55,595 nt of DNA, from IMG/VR virus record IMGVR_UViG_3300032246_001883, positions 1 to 55,595 of that record; one strand, given 5' to 3'. The notes under the pieces are model-generated. The model made no database searches and had not been told where the DNA came from. It saw only the letters and a list, made by a program, of their open reading frames with translations. A program made the position numbers and the translations under genes. Numbering within the stretch: position 1 is the stretch's first letter; each line of letters opens with the position of its first letter. This DNA is from a virus. Taxonomy: Duplodnaviria > Caudoviricetes. Shown piece by piece: positions 48,747 through 55,595 of the stretch.

Positions 48747-49579
48747 ATCACCTTTAGTTTTTCTTGAATTGTAAACAACTCTTTCATGTAAGGCGAAACT
48801 TCACCTAACACACTTCTAGCCAAATCACCTGACCGTCTTGGTAATACGTTTACCTCAAACCGCATATTATTAACTTCTTTGAAATAATCAATCATCTGCA
48901 ACACTGAATATCCAGAACCTGTGGCCAAGTTTTGTATTGTACCATCAGATGGCAATTCAATGGCAGTTTTAATTGCTTGGCAAACTTCTAATACATGGAT
49001 ATAGTCACGCAATGCGGTACCATCATATGTATCATAGTCATTACCATACAAATTAAACACACCTGTTTCCATACCTGCTTTAATCAGGTTGTACATCAGG
49101 CCATCCATGTTTGTTGGATCATAACCAGCAGAACCAATTACATTGTAGAATCTGAATATTGTAAAATCTTTATTGTTCAGTTGGCAATACTGACGTACCA
49201 TATCTTCGGTTACTCGTTTAGATAAGGCATATGGACTGTTAGAATTCTCAGCAGCACCAGTAGAGGCAAGAATAAAATGTTTGTAGTCAACGTGCTCAAG
49301 CATTTTCAATGTACCAGCCACATTGGTTTCATAATAACGCATTGGATTCTTTACAGAATCACCAACATTAACTAGGCCAGCCAAATGAACCACAGCATCA
49401 AATTCACCCTCAACCATCTTATCTTCTAAGATATTTTGTAGGATGAATTTGTCTGCTGATTGTGATTTGAATACACGATCCAAACCTACAGTATAAAAAT
49501 TAGGCAATACATCAAGTAAATGCCTGCCGATATAACCAGAACTACCCGTTACTAGGATCTTTTTCATCTTCATACTCAA
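48743..49579 (-). CDS. galE: NAD-dependent epimerase (UDP-glucose 4-epimerase-like)
   Basis: VTGSSGYIG, HLAG...VG.S...P..YY..N..GT, Y..SK, FR.YNV, DGT..RDYIHV. Confidence 0.85.
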   Translation of the reverse strand: MSMKMKKILVTGSSGYIGRHLLDVLPNFYTVGLDRVFKSQSADKFILQNILEDKMVEGEFDAVVHLAGLVNVGDSVKNPMRYYETNVAGTLKMLEHVDYKHFILASTGAAENSNSPYALSKRVTEDMVRQYCQLNNKDFTIFRFYNVIGSAGYDPTNMDGLMYNLIKAGMETGVFNLYGNDYDTYDGTALRDYIHVLEVCQAIKTAIELPSDGTIQNLATGSGYSVLQMIDYFKEVNNMRFEVNVLPRRSGDLARSVLGEVSPYMKELFTIQEKLKVI

Positions 49580-49847
49580 TTGTGTTAATTATTGACATTC
49601 TTTGTTCATTAGGCCAAGATTTCAAATAATCATTATCTGAATCAAACAAATTCATGTAATCTGTTGCAGATAATTCCCGTGTAGAAACAATCACTTCATC
49701 AATGTGTTTCTGTGAGAATTCTTTGAAAGAATCTTTGCCAATTTCCATAACGAATTCATCTTCCGCATGAGAAGCTTCACGAGCCTCTACAACATACCGC
49801 ATACGAAACATTGAGACTGTTTCAACCAAATACAACTTCTTTTCCAT
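49542..49847 (-). CDS. Conserved hypothetical protein
   Basis: YLVETVSMFRMRYVVE...EFSQ.H..E; start adjusted to the ATG after GGAGG. Confidence 0.65.
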   Translation of the reverse strand: MEKKLYLVETVSMFRMRYVVEAREASHAEDEFVMEIGKDSFKEFSQKHIDEVIVSTRELSATDYMNLFDSDNDYLKSWPNEQRMSIINTIEYEDEKDPSNG

Positions 49848-49848
49848 A

Positions 49849-50703
49849 TCAAACCTCCACAAATTTCAATACAAATCTATCAGCACGATCCTCATAAGCA
49901 TCATAACCACGTGGATTACAAACGATGCGAGTAGAACCAATCATATAGTCAAAATCTTCATGTGTATGACCATGAGTCCACAATTTAATTTGTGGATGAT
50001 CCATGATAAACTCACTCAAATCTGAACTATAACCACCATTCATAACCTGTTCATCCGCATATCGTGGATGTGTTGACAATTTACTTGGTGCATGGTGACC
50101 AACAACAACAAACTTCTGGTCAAACTTACCTTCAATCATCAATCGTATATATTCAACCATTTTTTTGTGGTCATCAACCGCATCTTCTGGTGAAAATTTA
50201 GCAGGTCGAGTATGAAACTTACCTTCAGTGTCTTTGAAATTCACCACACGATCACTGTTAAGAACACAACGGAAATCATTCATCATGCTGGTCATATGCA
50301 TCAATGTAATTGGATCTTCTTTGTTCATGTCAGTCCACAATGTACCACCAATGAATGATACATCACCAAACTGAACAATTTGTTTATCTAAGATATGTAA
50401 ATTGGCCAGATAACCAAGCTTATCACGAAGCCTTGGAATAGTGTCACTAAAATCACCGTGATAATGTTCATGGTTTCCAGCGATGTAGATAACATGAGGG
50501 AATCTAGCACAGCATTCTTGAAAGAATTGATGCCATTTACCAGACCGACTAAACTGATCCATAAGTGCATATTCATCTCTATAAGTCAAATCATGAGCAA
50601 CACAAATATCACCACCAAGAATAAGCACATCAGCACCTTCGGTATTTTCGAGGCTGATAGTACCAAATTCAAGGTGAATGTCTGAACAAATTGCAATCTT
50701 CAT
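49849..50703 (-). CDS. Calcineurin-like metallophosphoesterase
   Basis: SDIHLE, GDI, GNHE, TLWTD, HHAP, HGHTH, NPRGY motifs. Confidence 0.9.
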   Translation of the reverse strand: MKIAICSDIHLEFGTISLENTEGADVLILGGDICVAHDLTYRDEYALMDQFSRSGKWHQFFQECCARFPHVIYIAGNHEHYHGDFSDTIPRLRDKLGYLANLHILDKQIVQFGDVSFIGGTLWTDMNKEDPITLMHMTSMMNDFRCVLNSDRVVNFKDTEGKFHTRPAKFSPEDAVDDHKKMVEYIRLMIEGKFDQKFVVVGHHAPSKLSTHPRYADEQVMNGGYSSDLSEFIMDHPQIKLWTHGHTHEDFDYMIGSTRIVCNPRGYDAYEDRADRFVLKFVEV

Positions 50704-50903
50704 TTTCTTCTTTCTACGTAAATGCCTTTGTATGGCTTACACACTGTTTGATTTTCAAACACCCTAACAGTTTGGCAATCCAATCCTGTATTGTAACTCA
50801 TTACATGGTCGGTGATTGTTTTATCAGTGGTAACATATACTGCACCATTGACTGCTGTAGAAACAGCACAACCATTGAGAAACAATAACAATATATACCG
50901 CAT
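50700..50903 (-). CDS. Small putative lipoprotein
   Basis: MRYILLLFLNGC lipobox-like signal. Confidence 0.6.
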   Translation of the reverse strand: MRYILLLFLNGCAVSTAVNGAVYVTTDKTITDHVMSYNTGLDCQTVRVFENQTVCKPYKGIYVERRK

Positions 50904-51121
50904 TACTGAAGTGTGTTATTTGGAGTGTCCATTATACTGGATTGGGCCAAAGAAAGCAACCGTTCTGTGTCGGATACACCTTCAAGTTGTCGTGAAAGAG
51001 CAACAATCCTGGCCAATACTACGGCTGTTATAACATTGAAATCAATTTCATATTTTAGGCAACTATCCATTAATAGGTCATCTATTTTTTCGGATAATTC
51101 TAATAATTTTTCATCAATCAT
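50903..51121 (-). CDS. Hypothetical protein
   Basis: 72-aa ORF coupled to its neighbours. Confidence 0.6.
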   Translation of the reverse strand: MIDEKLLELSEKIDDLLMDSCLKYEIDFNVITAVVLARIVALSRQLEGVSDTERLLSLAQSSIMDTPNNTLQ

Positions 51122-51519
51122 TCTTTATCTCTTTCAATTAAGGCTCTTTCTTCATGTACACGGTCATCCCAGATTTCTTCACATTGTGTACGGGTGTAGT
51201 CAGCCAAGTTGATACATTTGTCCATGAATTCTTTACGAACATCTTTTGGTTCAGACAAATCAATTGGTTTTTCTGGTGATATCTTTACCTGATTAATAAC
51301 TTCTTCTTTTTTCTCAATAACAGGAAGTACAACATCTTTGACACTAGGTTTATGGTTTGCCAACACAGCAACACAACCTAATGCCAAAGCACCCATAACG
51401 ATATATTTCCAATACAGAATCAGAATTACACCAATTACAGCAATAAAAATACCTATGAAAACCATGGTTTCCATAGTGTTTTGTGAAAGTCCTAGTCTAT
51501 CAACAACTTCGGAATACAT
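51118..51519 (-). CDS. Membrane protein (two N-terminal TM segments)
   Basis: FIGIFIAVIGVILILYW and YIVMGALALGCVAVL segments. Confidence 0.65.
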   Translation of the reverse strand: MYSEVVDRLGLSQNTMETMVFIGIFIAVIGVILILYWKYIVMGALALGCVAVLANHKPSVKDVVLPVIEKKEEVINQVKISPEKPIDLSEPKDVRKEFMDKCINLADYTRTQCEEIWDDRVHEERALIERDKE

Positions 51520-51528
51520 GACAACACC

Positions 51529-51834
51529 TTATTTGAATGGATCACAATGCACGTTTACGGGAATCATAATAACACCTTTAGCAGTTTGCTGTGAAAGGTA
51601 TTCGACAGTAGGTTTCATTTTTGCATTGATACAATCACGGGAACCTTCAATAACATCAATACGCTTCAAAGCGACAGGACCTGTATAGTTAGCAATCTTT
51701 GCTTCTTCAACAGGAACTGGTTTCACTGCTTGAACTGGTTCTGGTTGAACTGGTTTTTCAATCTCAACAATCTGTGGTTTGCTAGCACAACCCACAACCA
51801 AAACTAATGGTAACAACCAAAGTTTATTCATCAT
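51529..51834 (-). CDS. Putative lipoprotein with a Pro-rich linker
   Basis: LWLLPLVLVVGC lipobox followed by PVQPEPVQAVKPVP. Confidence 0.65.
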   Translation of the reverse strand: MMNKLWLLPLVLVVGCASKPQIVEIEKPVQPEPVQAVKPVPVEEAKIANYTGPVALKRIDVIEGSRDCINAKMKPTVEYLSQQTAKGVIMIPVNVHCDPFK

Positions 51835-52021
51835 AATTCTCCTTCACACTCCATGCCATAAACAAAATAACAATAAAATCAAAAATCACACCAGAAAAAT
51901 TGTCAGCATAAGCCTCAGCCAACAAACAACTGAACATGAAACCCATGGTGAACCATGCAATCTCAAAACCATACTCATTCAAAAATTCAACTATTTTTTC
52001 CAACATTACGAATCCTATCAA
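51824..52021 (-). CDS. Small membrane protein
   Basis: Two hydrophobic segments; true start probably MLEKIV. Confidence 0.55.
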   Translation of the reverse strand: MIGFVMLEKIVEFLNEYGFEIAWFTMGFMFSCLLAEAYADNFSGVIFDFIVILFMAWSVKENYDE

Positions 52022-52220
52022 TTAACAAATTAGCTTCGGCTGTGTCACTAACATTATCAAGCATTTCATGCTCTTGTGTCAATAATTCAGCCTTGGCGGT
52101 ACGAATCAAGTTCAAAGCATAATCAATGTCATCATTGTCTGCTTGGTCTAACCATTCTTCAAACGATTCATCGGTTGTATTGAGGATGAAATGGAGATTA
52201 TCACGGTCCCAATCATTCAT
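51987..52220 (-). CDS. Acidic hypothetical protein
   Basis: 77-aa ORF in the operon. Confidence 0.6.
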   Translation of the reverse strand: MNDWDRDNLHFILNTTDESFEEWLDQADNDDIDYALNLIRTAKAELLTQEHEMLDNVSDTAEANLLIDRIRNVGKNS

Positions 52221-52435
52221 ACCATCTTACCCAACACAGTATAAATCAATTGATCCAATTCATGTGAAAAGTCTTTGCCATTTCTACGATTTTGGTAAAT
52301 GGCTTCTACGATTTCTTTTGAACTGGTGTCAGTCATATAACCACGATTTTCCAATTCATCAATCAAATCATCGGTTTCAAAATAAGTAAGGTCAACATCA
52401 ACCTCAACTTCTGTATAAACTGTGCGGGATACCAT
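52217..52435 (-). CDS. Hypothetical protein
   Basis: EVEVDVDL..F.TDDLI.ELE.RG pattern. Confidence 0.6.
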   Translation of the reverse strand: MVSRTVYTEVEVDVDLTYFETDDLIDELENRGYMTDTSSKEIVEAIYQNRRNGKDFSHELDQLIYTVLGKMV

Positions 52436-52436
52436 A

Positions 52437-52649
52437 TCATCCTTTCACGGTTGTGGTTCTATTAAACAAAAAGCCGGATAACGCACTCAAACCCCAAGCC
52501 TGTAACCAAGTTACCTCATTGATACCTTGAGCAGCAGGTACAAGGCATTCATTCCATAATACCATAACAGGCCAACTAAGCAAGAAGCTTAGAACAACGG
52601 CAAATAAAATTGCGCCGATTGTAACACCTAGGATTTTTTGTACGGTCAT
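52437..52649 (-). CDS. Small membrane protein
   Basis: TM helix, then LWN..L.P......TW.QAWG. Confidence 0.6.
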   Translation of the reverse strand: MTVQKILGVTIGAILFAVVLSFLLSWPVMVLWNECLVPAAQGINEVTWLQAWGLSALSGFLFNRTTTVKG

Positions 52650-52650
52650 A

Positions 52651-53007
52651 TCAAGCCTCGGCAGTTTCAGTTTCTTGGACTTCTGTTACTTCAGCAACAG
52701 CAGGTGCTGCAGCAGGTACAATCTTACCAACATAACGACCATTGAGGTTAAACTCAGTATAATTTACCAACTGATATGCCTTGACGTTACGACCTTCTTT
52801 GATAACTTTCACAATACCACCATCTTTGCGGATATTGTAAATGTTGGTTGACAAGCGATACAACACCGCTTCTTGGTCTGTACCTTCAAAGACTTTAGCA
52901 ATCTCAGCAGGTGTTACGGGTTTGCCAGACAGGAGAACCTGTGTGATTTTTTCATGGCGATTAATCTTACCTTTACGAACTGTATTCATAATATATTTCC
53001 TTATCAA
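52651..53007 (-). CDS. Putative winged-HTH protein
   Basis: LLSGKPVT..EI...YRLSTNIYNIRK.GG.V...K; true start probably MNTVRK. Confidence 0.55.
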   Translation of the reverse strand: MIRKYIMNTVRKGKINRHEKITQVLLSGKPVTPAEIAKVFEGTDQEAVLYRLSTNIYNIRKDGGIVKVIKEGRNVKAYQLVNYTEFNLNGRYVGKIVPAAAPAVAEVTEVQETETAEA

Positions 53008-54144
53008 TTAAAATGGGATTTCATCATCAATTTTTGTAGTCACGGTTTCTGTTTCAGGTTTTGCCTTAGCATCTACTTTAGAATACAAATCTAAGAAAGC
53101 CGTCTTGGTTTCAGCATCAAAACGGCTGACACACAATTCAATGGCTTTCATCCTATCACCAAACATTTTGAATGCCTTGGCAATATGGACAAGTCGGCGA
53201 GTAGAGATAATTTCATCTACGGCGCCTTGGTCAAAGGACTGACGAACAATGTCAGCCCATTGGACCAAATGGTCTACAAATTCTTTGTCATCAATCAATG
53301 GTAACAAAATTTTCTTTTCTGTTTTTGCATCAGGATATTCCTGTTCAACAGTAATCGGGAAACGTTCCAAGAAAGCATCATCAAGAATCTGTGATAGATA
53401 ACGACCTTCTTCTGAACCACGGCCTTTGGTGTTTGCAGTAGCAACCACATTGAAGCCATTCTTTGGATAAACCATCTCACCGTTTTTCTTGTTGTAGTAT
53501 GGTTTGCCTTCTAAGATACCTTGCAAACACATTAACTTATTTGAACCACGATCTACCTCATCAATCAGTAGAATTGCACCTCGCTTCATTGCTGTAATAA
53601 CTGGACCGTCACGATTAACAACGTTCCCATTAACAAGAGTAGGACCCCCGAGCAAATCCGATTCATCAGTTTCAATACTAATGTTAACTCTAATGCACTC
53701 CCGCCCGAGTTCCGAGCAAACTTGTTCCACCATGAGGGTTTTACCATTACCAGAAAGGCCTGTAATGAACACAGGATAAAACATATCAGAGTTAATGACA
53801 TTACGCAAATCTTTAAAAAATCCAAATGGTACATAATCAGGGTATTTTACAGGGATTGATACATCAGAATCATCAATCAATTTAGGTTGTTTAAATTCTA
53901 AAACTTGTGCAGCCAATGCTACTTCAAATTCAGGTTCTTTAATTTTAGGTTTTGTGCCAATGTCAGGTAGTTGATACTGACCACGTTCAGCACGAAATTC
54001 AGACTTGGTTACAAACCAATAGGGGAATGTGATGCTGTTTTCTTCCACGACACGTTGAATTTGGTCACGGTTAAGAATTGCTTTCTCACCAAAGATTGCT
54101 TCTGCCGCTGTGACAAACGCTTTTTGGTTTCTGTTTAAACTCAT
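53008..54144 (-). CDS. cobS: CobS/MoxR-like AAA+ ATPase of T4-like phages
   Basis: GLSGNGKT, ETDE.DL.GG, LLIDEVD, ATANTKG.G, AFLERF, ISTRRL; start set at MSLNR after GGAG. Confidence 0.85.
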   Translation of the reverse strand: MSLNRNQKAFVTAAEAIFGEKAILNRDQIQRVVEENSITFPYWFVTKSEFRAERGQYQLPDIGTKPKIKEPEFEVALAAQVLEFKQPKLIDDSDVSIPVKYPDYVPFGFFKDLRNVINSDMFYPVFITGLSGNGKTLMVEQVCSELGRECIRVNISIETDESDLLGGPTLVNGNVVNRDGPVITAMKRGAILLIDEVDRGSNKLMCLQGILEGKPYYNKKNGEMVYPKNGFNVVATANTKGRGSEEGRYLSQILDDAFLERFPITVEQEYPDAKTEKKILLPLIDDKEFVDHLVQWADIVRQSFDQGAVDEIISTRRLVHIAKAFKMFGDRMKAIELCVSRFDAETKTAFLDLYSKVDAKAKPETETVTTKIDDEIPF

Positions 54145-54173
54145 TATAAAAACTCCAGTTATTCGGTGAATCA

Positions 54174-54202
54174 ATTATATCATAAATTTAGGCAAGTGGC
54201 AA
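54174..54202 (-). promoter_or_regulatory. sigma70-type promoter
   Basis: TTGCCA-17 nt-TATAAT upstream of the cobS-like gene. Confidence 0.75.
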
Positions 54203-54227
54203 GCGGTTGTATTAGGAATACAACAGT

Positions 54228-54479
54228 TTATTCGTACATCCACTTGGAAGTCTGCTCAAAGGACTTTTCCTGGATGGTGGACTCGTTCCAGACTTTCCTA
54301 GGACTACTGCATAACATACATCCAGACCGTCCACAATCCATGGCGTGGTGTTTAGCAAACTTGTGTGCCTCCTTAACATCCATACCTTGTGACTTGGCAA
54401 TCTTAACTTGCTTGGCCACGGCACATTCATCTTTTTGCATACGCTTGGTACGCTTGATTTTATCTTCTTCTGTACTCAT
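54228..54479 (-). CDS. Hypothetical protein with a Cys/His motif
   Basis: KHHAMDCG..GC.LC.SPRK. Confidence 0.65.
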   Translation of the reverse strand: MSTEEDKIKRTKRMQKDECAVAKQVKIAKSQGMDVKEAHKFAKHHAMDCGRSGCMLCSSPRKVWNESTIQEKSFEQTSKWMYE

Positions 54480-54613
54480 GTTAATAGGTCCTGTATAATG
54501 TCCATTGCTATTCTAACAATTTCAGGATCAATACGGAGTTTTGTTGCTATCTCTAGCAAACTCCAGTCTCGATCCATCATCTCCCTGACTTGCAACAATA
54601 TTGTATGTTTCAT
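54476..54613 (-). CDS. Small HTH-like hypothetical protein (45 aa; not in ORF track)
   Basis: MKHTILLQVREMMDRDWSLLEIATKLRIDPEIVRIAMDIIQDLLT; ATGA overlaps on both sides. Confidence 0.55.
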   Translation of the reverse strand: MKHTILLQVREMMDRDWSLLEIATKLRIDPEIVRIAMDIIQDLLT

Positions 54614-54741
54614 TCTAGGTCCAGTAAAAGTAAAACACCTAAGACTACCAACCAAACAGAATCTTCAATATTGTGTTCATATCCCCAAAAGGCTAACGCA
54701 ATACATCCAAGACCTGCTATTGCTTTACTTAGGTATTTCAT
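54610..54741 (-). CDS. Small membrane peptide (43 aa; not in ORF track)
   Basis: MKYLSKAIAGLGCIALAFWGYEHNIEDSVWLVVLGVLLLLDLE. Confidence 0.5.
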   Translation of the reverse strand: MKYLSKAIAGLGCIALAFWGYEHNIEDSVWLVVLGVLLLLDLE

Positions 54742-54743
54742 AA

Positions 54744-55595
54744 TCAGAACGCATCAAAGTTAAAATATTTTGGACGTTCTTTGGTCAAAATCATAGTCAC
54801 GCCATCTTTTTCAAAGATAAACTGACCAGTTTTGTTGTTGAATTTCACCAAATCTGTTGGTGTGAAATCTTCTTCACCCCAACCACCATCTTCATCTTCA
54901 TCATCAGAACCGAGAACAGCAGTTTCTTCACCTGTTTTCTTTTTAGGATCAAAACGCCAGCTGATACAGATTTCTCTTGCAGACAATGGTGTACCATTCC
55001 AAGTGGAAGGACTGATACGGGTAGCCGTACGGTCACCTTTAAAGATTTCAACAGTGTATGCGGCACCAGCATCAAACTCTGCCTTCACGTTTAGAATACG
55101 CATTGCTTCTTGTGGTGTTTCACCATAACGGTTCATTTCTTCAACCAACGCCTTTAACATATCAAAGTTAAATGCAGAGAATACAGAGCTGATGTTCACA
55201 ACGGTGTCAACTGTTTTCGGTTCTGGATTGGCCAGATTTTCCAAACAATATTCACGAATGAATGCTTCGTCCAAACCTTTGAAGTCAATCATGTAAAAGA
55301 TACGACCTGGTCGGTTACGCATATGACTATCAACACGCCATTTATCATTACTGGTCAACATGAACAGTTTTTTGGATGAATAAATGCCGTCAAGCAATGT
55401 CAACAATTCTTCCTGTTCATCGCTACTGTACACCTTTTCAAATTCATCAAACAACACAATACATGGTTGCTGAATAGATTGAATCAATGTATTGAATTTA
55501 TCACCATGCCAAGGATGGTTGACAACAATGGTCGGCACATTTTGTTTGGCCAATTTAATACAGATATTCTTACTCAACAAGGTTTTGCCTGAACC
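54744..55595 (-). CDS. AAA+ ATPase, 5'-truncated by the window edge
   Basis: The window begins in-frame at GSGKTLL (Walker A); LFDEFEK, LL.LLDG, LTSN, NRPGRI motifs. Confidence 0.88.
   Translation of the reverse strand, partial: GSGKTLLSKNICIKLAKQNVPTIVVNHPWHGDKFNTLIQSIQQPCIVLFDEFEKVYSSDEQEELLTLLDGIYSSKKLFMLTSNDKWRVDSHMRNRPGRIFYMIDFKGLDEAFIREYCLENLANPEPKTVDTVVNISSVFSAFNFDMLKALVEEMNRYGETPQEAMRILNVKAEFDAGAAYTVEIFKGDRTATRISPSTWNGTPLSAREICISWRFDPKKKTGEETAVLGSDDEDEDGGWGEEDFTPTDLVKFNNKTGQFIFEKDGVTMILTKERPKYFNFDAF

Noticed and set aside
51118-51834. Spanin pair
   Set aside because: Order is reversed (lipoprotein first), the TM protein lacks a long coiled coil, and the context looks early rather than lytic.
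53008-54144. Cobalamin-biosynthesis auxiliary gene
   Set aside because: The cobS label in T4-like phages refers to a MoxR-type ATPase; no cobalamin pathway context is present.

Overview
A 55.6-kb, AT-rich, densely coding segment of a large T4-like myovirus genome. The host is Gram-negative and probably a betaproteobacterium, judged from the tmRNA tag and an outer-membrane beta-barrel gene. Region 1-32 kb (minus strand) holds tail-fibre/appendage genes, a VrlC/DUF4815-like giant virion protein split into two genes at a Hint (intein-like) domain, a glycosyltransferase-like gene and baseplate genes (gp8, gp7, gp6, gp25, gp5, hub, gp53, gp48). Region 32-38 kb (plus strand) holds gp4, gp2, a gp54-like gene, gp26 plus a small gp51-like ORF and two paralogous tape-measure-like genes. 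Region 38-55.6 kb (minus strand) holds gp32, a HAD nucleotidase, gp59, gp33, an OMP, a circularly permuted two-piece tmRNA gene, an exonuclease, a Gly-rich adhesin-like gene, phoH, a DenV-like gene, a divergent PurD-like ATP-grasp enzyme, a GalE-like epimerase, a metallophosphoesterase, small membrane/lipoproteins and two AAA+ ATPases. The three most notable signals are (1) the phage-borne permuted tmRNA with tag ANDSRFALAA, (2) the Hint-split virion protein, which may be re-ligated in trans, and (3) a probable -1 frameshift (T TTT TTC) fusing gp26 to the gp51-like ORF. All product calls come from motif recognition and synteny; no database searches were run.
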